Part shown: in pieces, positions 56,365-64,000 of the stretch | Layout: each line of letters opens with the position of its first letter | Numbering within the stretch: the first letter of the stretch is position 1 | NCBI GenBank assembly: GCA_040755875.1 | Contig: JBFLZJ010000023.1 | Span: 4,977 to 68,976 of the forward strand | From: Pseudomonadota bacterium | GTDB lineage: Bacteria > Pseudomonadota > Gammaproteobacteria > Burkholderiales > Burkholderiaceae_D | Direction: 5' to 3' | Length of the DNA stretch: 64,000 nt | Translations under genes and position numbers: made by a program | Notes under the pieces: generated by a model | Told to the model about the DNA's origin: nothing | Seen by the model: only the letters and a program-made list of their open reading frames with translations | Database searches by the model: none

Positions 56365-56994
56365 TCATTCATTCTTGCCCGCACTCGCCGTATCCGGGCA
56401 ATCAGGCGGAATAAACCGCCTGCGTGCTTCGGCCTCGTATTCTTCCAGGCTTTGCAGCCCGACAGCCAGGCGGCGACGGTTGACCAGCTCCCGGTCATCG
56501 ACCGGCTCGAGCGCCAGGCGGCAGCGATCCGACACTGTGAATTGCGTTCCATACTCTTGCGGACGGCCCTCGTGGGCCGCGATGCGGTCGGCAAGGTAGG
56601 CGAGATCGCGCGGCGCCGCGATACCGGCCTTGACCGATGTTTCGAGAAGCGCCTTCGCCTGGCGCTGGAAAGCAAGGTCGCTGTCCGCATGCTGGGCCAG
56701 CAGCCAGGCGCTGTGGCTGTCCGTCTTCGTCCTGGGCCAGCCGCATGCCGCGATGATTTCCTTGAACTGCTTCAGGTTGGCGGCATCGATGTCGCGCCAG
56801 CGTTTTTGCAACCCATCTTTTTCGGCGGCGCCGGCCTGCGGGTTCTGGTTGAGCAGGCTCCACTCCTGCCGGATTTGTTGGTCGGCGCTGGCCAGCCGAT
56901 TCAAGTGGGTACCGACATGTTCACAGTCGACTTGTTGGGCGCTCGCCTGCAAGGCAAAAGCGAACAAGCTCCAGAAAAAGAATTGTTTCTTCAC
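56365..56994 (-). CDS. DUF6624-like secreted protein
   Basis: Signal peptide from GTG (VKKQFFFW...ASA|Q); DQQIR, GWP, AWLLAQHAD, AYLADR and QEYGTQ. Confidence 0.82.
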   Translation of the reverse strand: MKKQFFFWSLFAFALQASAQQVDCEHVGTHLNRLASADQQIRQEWSLLNQNPQAGAAEKDGLQKRWRDIDAANLKQFKEIIAACGWPRTKTDSHSAWLLAQHADSDLAFQRQAKALLETSVKAGIAAPRDLAYLADRIAAHEGRPQEYGTQFTVSDRCRLALEPVDDRELVNRRRLAVGLQSLEEYEAEARRRFIPPDCPDTASAGKNE

Positions 56995-57113
56995 GGGCTG
57001 GCTTTCGAGGGTGACGGGCTGATATCTTTCATTGGCCTGTTGCGACTGACAGCACCCGATTCGAGGTCGACCCATGCAAGAATGCAGGCTGTCGCGCTGA
57101 GCCATGCACGCTG

Positions 57114-57344
57114 CTAACGCGTGTTGCGTAGCCTGTGAAGCTCGACCGGGACCGCAATGAGAACAAGCGCGCCGAGCGCCGCGAGCGAGATCAGGCAGAG
57201 CGCCAACAAGGAGACGTGCTGATCGCGCCAGTACAAGCCGGCCGTGGTGGCGATGACAACACCGACGATGAGCAACCAGCTCCTCCTCAACACGTTTGCA
57301 ACTGCGGTTCTGAACATTCCTCTTCTTTCATCAGTTAAATCCAC
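57114..57344 (-). CDS. Small two-TM hypothetical protein
   Basis: Two hydrophobic helices; the start may be MFRTAV at 57317. Confidence 0.5.
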   Translation of the reverse strand: MDLTDERRGMFRTAVANVLRRSWLLIVGVVIATTAGLYWRDQHVSLLALCLISLAALGALVLIAVPVELHRLRNTR

Positions 57345-57412
57345 GGCCGGTTCCAGACGGTGAGAAAAACCGTACGCGGCTCATTGCTCTCGTGACCATC
57401 GAACGGTTTCAT
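57335..57412 (-). CDS. 25-aa small ORF or truncated gene remnant
   Basis: GGAGG RBS directly after the cytochrome stop; MKPFDGHESNEPRTVFLTVWNRPWI*. Confidence 0.3.
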   Translation of the reverse strand: MKPFDGHESNEPRTVFLTVWNRPWI

Positions 57413-57420
57413 GGAACCTC

Positions 57421-58689
57421 CTAATCCAGCGGCACCGCCCGGTAGCGATTCACCTGCGCGCTCGTCACCGGCGGCGCCGCATTGCCCCAGCTCGCGCGCA
57501 GCCAGGTGATCAGGGTCGCCGCCTGGGCGTCGTCGAGCACGTGGCTGAAGGGCGGCATGCCGTAGGGCCGTGGATTGCCGGCCGTGCCGGGCGGGAAGCC
57601 GCCGTTCAGCACGACGCGGATCGCGTTCACCGGCTCGTCGAGCGTCAGGGCGCGGTTGCCGGCCAGCGCGGGGTAGGGGCCGAGGCCCTCGCCGCGCTCG
57701 CCGTGGCAGGCGACGCAGTGCTGGCGGTACAACTTTGCGCCTTCCTGCAGGACCTGTTCGGGAAGCCGGGGCGCGGGCGCACGCTCGCGCGGCGCGCCGG
57801 CCGGCAGCGACTTCAGGTAGACCGCCATCGCGCCCAGGTCTTCGCGGCTCAGGTGCTGCAGGCTCTGCATCACCACCTCGGCCATCGGTCCGGTCACGCT
57901 GGCGCCGGGCGCCACGCCGGTGCCCAATAACTGCACGATGTGCTCTTCCTTCCACTTGCCCAGTCCCGCCTCGGCGTCCGAGGTGAGCGAGGGCGCATAC
58001 CAGCCTATGGTCGGAATCAGGCCGCCCTCGAGCGCCTCGCCGGATGCGCCCAGGCGGTTGCGGGTGCTGTGGCAGGCGCTGCAGTGACCGAGTCCCTCGA
58101 CCAGGTAGGCGCCGCGGTTCCAGCGCGGGTCGCGGCCGCTCTCGGGCTCGAAGACGCCGGGCTTGAAGTAGAGCAGGCGCCATCCCGCCAGCGCGAGCTG
58201 GCTGTCGTAGGGGAAGCGCAGCGCGTGGGCGTGGTTCTGGACCTGGCGCGGCGGCAGGCTGCGCAGGTAAGCGAACAGGGCGTCCGAGTCGGCGCGCGAG
58301 ACCTTCGTGTAGCTCGTGTAGGGGAAGGCCGGGTAGAGCAGGCGGCCATCCTTCGATTTGCCGTTGTGCAGGGCATGCCAGAAGTCGTCGGCGCTCCAGG
58401 CGCCGATGCCGGTGGCGCGGTCGGGCGTGATGTTGGGCGCGTAGAGGGTGCCGAAGGGCGTTTCCAGCGCCCGCCCGCCGGCGTAGGGGGCGCCGCCGCG
58501 CGCCGTATGGCAGGCCATGCAGTCGCCGGCGCGCGCGAGGTAGGCGCCGCGCGCGATGTTGGCCGAGGTCGCGGCCCAGGCGTCGGGCGAGGCGCTGGCC
58601 ACGAACTGCTCGCGCGGCCAGGCGACGAGGGCGGCGACCGCGAGCGCGCCGAGGACGGCCGCCAGCAGCAGCAGGAGACGGCGCATCAT
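57421..58689 (-). CDS. Triheme cytochrome c (ADH/gluconate dehydrogenase cytochrome subunit-like)
   Basis: CMACH, CSACH and CVACH heme motifs; N-terminal anchor. Confidence 0.92.
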   Translation of the reverse strand: MMRRLLLLLAAVLGALAVAALVAWPREQFVASASPDAWAATSANIARGAYLARAGDCMACHTARGGAPYAGGRALETPFGTLYAPNITPDRATGIGAWSADDFWHALHNGKSKDGRLLYPAFPYTSYTKVSRADSDALFAYLRSLPPRQVQNHAHALRFPYDSQLALAGWRLLYFKPGVFEPESGRDPRWNRGAYLVEGLGHCSACHSTRNRLGASGEALEGGLIPTIGWYAPSLTSDAEAGLGKWKEEHIVQLLGTGVAPGASVTGPMAEVVMQSLQHLSREDLGAMAVYLKSLPAGAPRERAPAPRLPEQVLQEGAKLYRQHCVACHGERGEGLGPYPALAGNRALTLDEPVNAIRVVLNGGFPPGTAGNPRPYGMPPFSHVLDDAQAATLITWLRASWGNAAPPVTSAQVNRYRAVPLD

Positions 58690-59429
58690 GGCGCGCTCCC
58701 GCAGGCCAGCGGCAGGGGACGCGCGCTGCGCTGGGCCGGCCGGGCGTCGGCCGGCGTCGGCTGGGCCGCCAGCCAGGCGGAAATGGCCGCGACGTCGGAC
58801 GGCGCCAGGCGCGCCGCGATGGTCGCCATGCAATCGGGCAGGTGGGCCTGGCGCACGCCGTTGCGCCAGGCGCCGAGCTGGGAGTTCACGTAGTCGCGAG
58901 GCAGGTTCAAGAGGCCCGGAATGGCCGGGGCCACGCCCGTCAGGCGCTCGCCATGGCAGGCGATGCAGGCCGGCACCTTCAGGGCAGTGTCGCCGCGGCG
59001 CACCAGCTGCTCGCCACGCGCGAGGACGGCGGCGGGTTCGCGCGCCGGCGGCGGCGCCGGAACCGACGGGTGCTGGGCCGCGAAATAGTCGGCGATCTCG
59101 TGCAGGTAAGGGTCGGGCAGGTGGTTGACCATCCAGGTCATCAGGGGAAACTGGCGCCGGCCCTCGCGGAAGTTGACCAGCTGGTTGTAGAGGTAGCCGG
59201 CCGGCTTGCCGGCGATGCGCGGGAAGTAGACGCCGCCGGCGCTCGTGCCCTGCGTGTCCTTCGGGGCGTGGCAGGCGATGCAGGCGGCGAGGCGCTGTTC
59301 GAGGGTGTCGGGGACGGCGCGCTGCGCGTGGACGGATGAGCCGAGGGATGACAGGGCCAGCGCAGCGGCGGCCAGGAGCCGCGTCGCGGATGGGTGCAAA
59401 ACGGAAGGGCGGAGCCGGCTGGTCGTCAA
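58686..59429 (-). CDS. Diheme cytochrome c4/c553
   Basis: Two CIACH motifs; FPRIAGKPAGYLYNQL; signal peptide. Confidence 0.92.
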   Translation of the reverse strand: MTTSRLRPSVLHPSATRLLAAAALALSSLGSSVHAQRAVPDTLEQRLAACIACHAPKDTQGTSAGGVYFPRIAGKPAGYLYNQLVNFREGRRQFPLMTWMVNHLPDPYLHEIADYFAAQHPSVPAPPPAREPAAVLARGEQLVRRGDTALKVPACIACHGERLTGVAPAIPGLLNLPRDYVNSQLGAWRNGVRQAHLPDCMATIAARLAPSDVAAISAWLAAQPTPADARPAQRSARPLPLACGSAP

Positions 59430-59496
59430 ATCGGTTTTCCTGTCGTTGCGGGGGCGGCTTGCGCCGCCCCGGGTGTTACGTCGAATCCGCCCTGTG

Positions 59497-59652
59497 TCAG
59501 CTGTTCAGGCAGATGTTGTACTGCTCCCAGCAGTCGTACAGGAAGGGATCGCAGACCTGGTAGAACTTCCAGCAGCGGTCAGGATCGCCGGCGTGTGCCG
59601 CCGACATGCCGAGACCCAGGGCGAACAGGAACAGTGCAAGTTTGCGCTTCAT
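59497..59652 (-). CDS. Secreted 4-Cys peptide A (51 aa; 30-aa mature)
   Basis: GGAGA RBS; MKRKLALFLFALGLGMSAAHA|GDPDRCWKFYQVCDPFLYDCWEQYNICLNS*. Confidence 0.8.
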   Translation of the reverse strand: MKRKLALFLFALGLGMSAAHAGDPDRCWKFYQVCDPFLYDCWEQYNICLNS

Positions 59653-59723
59653 TTCATCTCTCCGGGGACAGACGTGATGACAGAATGATACCGCGCCGTC
59701 TGGTCGCGCGGCATCATTGTTGC

Positions 59724-59759
59724 AAAAAAAGAAGAGGGCGCGGCAGGGCCGGGCCGCGC
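59724..59759 (-). terminator. Terminator between the two peptide genes
   Basis: Minus strand gcgcggc-ccggccct-gccgcgc followed by cctcttcttttttt. Confidence 0.6.
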
Positions 59760-59767
59760 GGCGCCTG

Positions 59768-59923
59768 TCAGCGTTCCAGGCAGGCGAGCAGCTGGGCGTA
59801 GCAGATGTCCGGATCGTCGCCGCAGAGTTCGTAGATCTTGTTGCAATGACGTGGGTCGGCGGCCTGGGCTGCCGAGATGCCGAGGCCGAGGGCGAACAGG
59901 AACAGTGCAAATTTGCGCTTCAT
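59768..59923 (-). CDS. Secreted 4-Cys peptide B (51 aa; 30-aa mature)
   Basis: Same RBS context; MKRKFALFLFALGLGISAAQA|ADPRHCNKIYELCGDDPDICYAQLLACLER*. Confidence 0.8.
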   Translation of the reverse strand: MKRKFALFLFALGLGISAAQAADPRHCNKIYELCGDDPDICYAQLLACLER

Positions 59924-60045
59924 TTCATCTCTCCGGTTGTGCAGACGTGGGGACGCAAGGACGCCGCGCCGTCTGCTCACGCGGCGTCGCCTTGAAAGGA
60001 AACGGAGAGCGCGCGACCGAAGACCCGCACGCCAGGCGCCGGGAC

Positions 60046-60504
60046 CTAGTTCGACTGCGCCACCGTCTGGGGCACGATGCCCGCGTGCTTCAGGGCCTCG
60101 TCGTAGACGGGCGGCATGAAGCCGTCGATGCGGCGGTTGCCGATCAGGATCAGGGGGACGCCCTTGCCATCGAGCTTGCCGAAGGCTTCCCTGGCGGCGG
60201 GCGACTTCTGGACGTCGTAGTCGGCGAAAGCGATGCCGCGCTCGCGCAGGTAGTCGCGCGCCTTGGCGCAGTAGGGGCAGGTCGACGTGCCGTACATCAC
60301 GACCTTGGTGCTGGGGTTGGGGAAGTAGGCGGCGTAATTACCTTCGGTGTAGTCGCCCTTGAGCCACTGCGGCACGCGCGGGGCCAGGGTGCCGATGGCG
60401 ATGCCGGCGGCGATGATGAGGAGGTAAGAAAAGACGGTTTTCAGGTGTTTCAATGCATTCTCCCGTGGTGACTGGGTCACTTGTTTTGTTGGCGTTGTCG
60501 CCAC
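60046..60504 (-). CDS. Membrane-anchored glutaredoxin/NrdH-like protein
   Basis: N-terminal TM (VFSYLLIIAAGIAIG), CPYC active site and GVPLILIG; exact start uncertain. Confidence 0.88.
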   Translation of the reverse strand: MATTPTKQVTQSPRENALKHLKTVFSYLLIIAAGIAIGTLAPRVPQWLKGDYTEGNYAAYFPNPSTKVVMYGTSTCPYCAKARDYLRERGIAFADYDVQKSPAAREAFGKLDGKGVPLILIGNRRIDGFMPPVYDEALKHAGIVPQTVAQSN

Positions 60505-60596
60505 GGGAATAGTACCGCCTGAATTGTTAAGCGGAAGCAGTCAACAATGATAGGTTTCTGATAGGTTTTTAGTGCTAGGGAATAATTTCTGGGCGT

Positions 60597-61229
60597 TCAG
60601 GCAGCGTCCTGGGCGCGCCAGCGGCGGTAGATGCGCAGGGCGACATGGGCGTCGTCGGCCGCGTACAGGATCTGCTTCTCGCTCAGGCGCGGCAGCGCCC
60701 AGTTGGTGGTGGTGATGCGCTTGGATTTCTGCATCTCCTTGCCGAAGAAGCGCGCCACCGCGGTCTTGGCGCCCAGCGGATTGCGTTCGCCGCGGCGGCG
60801 CAGGGCGGTGGAGAGGTCGAGCACGTTGCGCGGCTCGATGCCGAGCTTGGCGCGCACGCGGCGCAGGTCGTCGCCCAGGCCGAATCCCACCTTCAGGATG
60901 GTTTCCGACTCGAGCACGGCGCGCAGGACGTCGAGGAGCGGCGCGACGGACGGCGCGTTGGCCGCGACCTCCCGTTGCGCACCGATCTGGAACAGCCAGG
61001 CGCCTTCGTCGGTGGCAAGCTGCACCAGGTGCGGCCCGGTCGATTCCTCGCCCTTGGCGAAGGTCGGCTTGGACTCGGTGTCGAAGCCGACGGCATCCGA
61101 TGCGGCGAGCGCCGCCAGGGCCGCGGCGGCATCGGCCGCGGTCTTTACCAGCACGACGTCGGCCAGCCTGATCCCGTCATAGGGCGGCAGGCTGGCGTCA
61201 AGCGTCGCGCTCATCGGCGGCGCAATCAA
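60597..61229 (-). CDS. 3'-5' exonuclease (DnaQ-like, RNase D/WRN type)
   Basis: GFDTES (ExoI), DLRR and QILYAADDA (ExoIII); start may be 61214. Confidence 0.9.
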   Translation of the reverse strand: MIAPPMSATLDASLPPYDGIRLADVVLVKTAADAAAALAALAASDAVGFDTESKPTFAKGEESTGPHLVQLATDEGAWLFQIGAQREVAANAPSVAPLLDVLRAVLESETILKVGFGLGDDLRRVRAKLGIEPRNVLDLSTALRRRGERNPLGAKTAVARFFGKEMQKSKRITTTNWALPRLSEKQILYAADDAHVALRIYRRWRAQDAA

Positions 61230-61789
61230 TTGCGCGAGAACTTGGAGGCCAGCTGCTGCAGCTTTTCCTGGCGCAGACGCGCCGCTTCCGCTTCGGCCGC
61301 GGCGGCTTTTTCCGCCTTCTTGCGTTCCGCTTCCTTCTTGAAGCGCTGCTGCAATTGCTCTTTGGCGTGGCTGCGGTGGGTATCGGTCACCTCCGCGCCG
61401 GCCACGCCGTCGAGGTCGTAGCGGACGGTCGCCTTTTCCATCGAGCGCAGGTAGCGCATCGAGCCGGTGTGGATGCCGAGCGCGGCGCGCATGGTCTTGC
61501 GGTCCAGGCCGGGCATGCGGGCCAGCAGTTGCTTGTCGATGCCGATGGCCAGCGGCAGGCAGTCGCGGAAGGCGGGGAATTGCTGCTGCAATTGCTTGAG
61601 CAGGGCGCGTGCCGAAGGCGCAGGGCTTGCCGCGGCGGCGGGCGCCGCGGTGGTAGCCGAACCGGCATCCGACGTGTTTGCCGGCGCGGCGCTCGACGTG
61701 CTCGCTTCCGTGGCGGTGTTCTCGGCGGGATTGCTGGTATTGACGTCGGTGGCTTCGGCGGCAGGACTAATGGTGTTCATTGACTTCAT
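61226..61789 (-). CDS. proQ: ProQ/FinO family RNA chaperone
   Basis: PLAIGIDKQL...ALGIHTGSMRYL...RYDLDG...HAKEQL. Confidence 0.9.
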   Translation of the reverse strand: MKSMNTISPAAEATDVNTSNPAENTATEASTSSAAPANTSDAGSATTAAPAAAASPAPSARALLKQLQQQFPAFRDCLPLAIGIDKQLLARMPGLDRKTMRAALGIHTGSMRYLRSMEKATVRYDLDGVAGAEVTDTHRSHAKEQLQQRFKKEAERKKAEKAAAAEAEAARLRQEKLQQLASKFSRN

Positions 61790-62143
61790 GGTAATAGCAG
61801 GAAAGCGAAGGATAGCATGCTGGCTCGCACAAGTGCGCTGCCAATCGTGTGACTTTCGCGGCAGCGGCCGTTCGGGCAGGGGCGCGCGAGTGCCCGGATG
61901 CACGATCGGATGAGTGACCCGAGGCAAGCTCGCGCCGCCGTCCGCGAAATCGTGTATGATCCGCCCCTTGCCTTGCGCACGGCTTGCGCCGGCGCAGATG
62001 GACGGAAGAGTCGTCCGTGGACGGTTAGACAACAGTATGTGATTTGTTTATATCCATTATTGGATATTTCAATTATCACCAATTCTTGCTTTGAGGCATA
62101 ATGTTGTCTGTCCTCTCTATTCTTCCTAAACCAAGATAGAACC

Positions 62144-62172
62144 AAGCCCGTTTCACCCGACGGGCTTTTTTT
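62144..62172 (+). terminator. Rho-independent terminator in the proQ-rpoD intergenic region
   Basis: aagcccgt-ttcacccg-acgggctt followed by a T-run. Confidence 0.75.
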
Positions 62173-62394
62173 CGTTCCAGCATGCACACCGCGATTTTGA
62201 TCACTGCCCATCGAATCCCTGCCACCCGCGCATCCGGCCAGGCCGCATGCCGCCGCAGGGGAAGGCGTGCTTGATTTGCGGCCTGTGCGCCCTTAATTAG
62301 GGCCATCCCCGTTTCCTTTTCCCCGGCCTGGACCAGGCCATGGTGAATTATTGACCTCGCAGGCGCGCATCCGCCTCGACAGGAGAGTTTTTTT

Positions 62395-64000
62395 ATGAAG
62401 AACACCGCCAAGACCCTGACACTGACAGCGAAAAAGGCGCCGGCCAAGACCGCCACGGCGCAGCTGGCCGTGCCGAAAACCGCGACCTCCTACTTCCTCG
62501 AAACGGAAGCGGCGGCCAAGGTGACGGTGGTCAAGACCCGTTCGCGTCTGGCCTCGCTGAAGGCCCAGGCCGAGGCGGTGGCGAACGACGCAGTCACGGC
62601 CGAGCCGGCCGCGGCAGCGCCGGAAGCTGTCGAGGCCGCGCCGGCCGCCGTGGAAGCCGCGCCGCCTGCCGCCGAGGCGGCGCCGGTCGCCGAGGCCCCG
62701 GCCGCAGCGGCGCCTGCCGACCTTGAACCGTCCGAGGCCCAGGCGCCCGACGAGCAACCGTATTTCGCGGCGCCGGCCACGCCGGCCGTGGCGCCCGTCA
62801 TCGTGCGCAAGCGCACCTCGAAGCTGGCCGCGCTGAAGGCGGCCGAAGCCCCGGCCCCGGCCCCGGTGGCCGCGCCTGTCGCCGCGCCTGCCCCGGTTGC
62901 CGAGGAAGCCCCGAAAGTCGTGCGCACCCGCACCCGCCGCGTCGAACCGGCGGCAGCGGCTCCGGCCGCCGCCAGGACCGGCGCCGGCAGCACCGTCAGC
63001 AAGACCACCGACGCCGCCGCCCTGGCCGCGATCGACACCTCGGGCTACCTGCTGCCGCAGGTCAAGGTCCCGGGCCGCCGCGGCCGCAAGCCGAGCGAAT
63101 TCATGCCGGAGAACGACGAAGTCGCCGCGCTGAACGCGGTCGAGCGCGCCGAACTGAAGGCCGTGTCGAAGGCGCGCGAGCGCAAGGCCAAGGGCCTGGC
63201 CGGCCTGAGCGAGGAAGGCTTCTCGGGCGAGGAGCTGGAAAAGCGCCGCCAGCAGTTGCGCAACCTGATCAACATGGGCAAGGAGCGCGGCTACCTGACC
63301 CATGCGGAGATCAACGACCACCTGCCGGAAAACATCATCGATCCGGAAGCGATCGAAGGCATCATCGCGACCTTCAACGACATGGGCATCGCCGTCTACG
63401 AGCGTGCGCCGGAAGCGGAAATGATGCTGCTGTCGGACAACGCCGTGACCCCGACCAGCGAGGACGAAGTCGAGGCCGCCGCCGCGACCGCGCTGTCGAC
63501 CGTCGACTCCGACTTCGGCCGCACCACCGACCCGGTCCGCATGTACATGCGCGAAATGGGCGCGGTGTCGCTGCTGACCCGCGAAGGCGAGATCGAGATC
63601 GCCAAGCGCATCGAGGAAGGCCTGAAGGACATGGTCCAGGCGATCTCGGCCTGCCCGATCACGATCTCGGAAATCATCGCGCTGTCGCACAAGATCGCCA
63701 GCGACGAGCTGAAGATCGACGAAGTGGTGGACGGTTTCGTCGACCTGAACGAATCGTCGACGCCGGCGCCGAGCACCTCTGCCGCTGCCTCGGACGATGA
63801 GGAAGAGGAAGAAGAGGAAGAAGTCGAGGAAGAAGAAGGTGCGGCGGGCGGCGGCGCGGCCGGCTATTCGGCCGAGCAGCTGGCGCAGCTGCGCAAGAGC
63901 GCGCTGGAAAAGTTTGCCCTGATCGAAGAGCAGTTCGACCGCATGGGCCACGCCTTCAAGAGCACCGGCTACGGTTCGGCCGCCTACAACAAGGCGCAGG
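62395..64000 (+). CDS. rpoD: Sigma-70 factor RpoD, 3'-truncated, with about 280-aa N-terminal extension
   Basis: Open frame from ATG 62395 (AGGAG RBS) through region 1.1 (LINMGKERGYLTHAEINDHLP), 1.2 (TTDPVRMYMREMG, EGEIEIAKRIE) and the acidic NCR; absent from the track because there is no stop. Confidence 0.93.
   Translation, partial: MKNTAKTLTLTAKKAPAKTATAQLAVPKTATSYFLETEAAAKVTVVKTRSRLASLKAQAEAVANDAVTAEPAAAAPEAVEAAPAAVEAAPPAAEAAPVAEAPAAAAPADLEPSEAQAPDEQPYFAAPATPAVAPVIVRKRTSKLAALKAAEAPAPAPVAAPVAAPAPVAEEAPKVVRTRTRRVEPAAAAPAAARTGAGSTVSKTTDAAALAAIDTSGYLLPQVKVPGRRGRKPSEFMPENDEVAALNAVERAELKAVSKARERKAKGLAGLSEEGFSGEELEKRRQQLRNLINMGKERGYLTHAEINDHLPENIIDPEAIEGIIATFNDMGIAVYERAPEAEMMLLSDNAVTPTSEDEVEAAAATALSTVDSDFGRTTDPVRMYMREMGAVSLLTREGEIEIAKRIEEGLKDMVQAISACPITISEIIALSHKIASDELKIDEVVDGFVDLNESSTPAPSTSAAASDDEEEEEEEEVEEEEGAAGGGAAGYSAEQLAQLRKSALEKFALIEEQFDRMGHAFKSTGYGSAAYNKAQ

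Noticed and set aside
62293-63951. 552-aa minus-strand ORF
   Set aside because: Antisense to rpoD, whose plus-strand frame carries unmistakable sigma-70 motifs.
1-64000. tRNA, rRNA, integrase or transposase genes
   Set aside because: No cloverleaf/CCA patterns, rRNA-like segments or recombinase/transposase motifs were recognised.

Overview
High-GC betaproteobacterial chromosome segment; gene content and the REP family suggest an Oxalobacteraceae (Massilia-like) organism, which is an inference. It holds about 70 supportable CDSs, with no rRNA, tRNA, CRISPR array, integrase or transposase seen. From left to right: (1) 0-11 kb, a general-stress/envelope cluster (ferritin-like, DUF883/YqjD-YqjE-like operon, glycine-zipper lipoprotein, BON protein, AI-2E, YihY, OmpA, wHTH protein, Prx-Grx hybrid, MtfA). 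(2) 11-22 kb, phaB, a DksA/TraR paralog, an unknown lipoprotein pair, hyi, rhlE, suhB/trmJ, a racemase and a hybrid histidine kinase. (3) 22-31 kb, a DUF2145 pair, a LaoAB-like Tat/GMC oxidoreductase, and a PhaF-like phasin with a PhaD-like TetR. (4) 31-35 kb, an operon for a porin-like protein, a small periplasmic binding protein and a Cache-PAS-GGDEF-EAL enzyme, preceded by a 14-bp tandem array. (5) 35-46 kb, metal homeostasis (czcICBA, dmeR-DUF1289-dmeF, Csp3). (6) 46-54 kb, stress and metabolic genes. (7) 54-57.4 kb, an orphan PilT-like ATPase followed by a small accessory patch bounded by degenerate direct repeats. (8) 57-64 kb, two c-type cytochromes, two tandem 51-aa secreted peptides with a C-X6-C-X6-C-X6-C mature region, a membrane-anchored glutaredoxin, an exonuclease, proQ, and a truncated rpoD with a long N-terminal extension and no upstream dnaG. 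The best novelty candidates are the tandem four-cysteine peptides, a recurrent YGT-N10-ACAGA box upstream of stress genes, and the porin/PBP/c-di-GMP module. Five GTAG-type REP doublets and one MITE-like element are also present.
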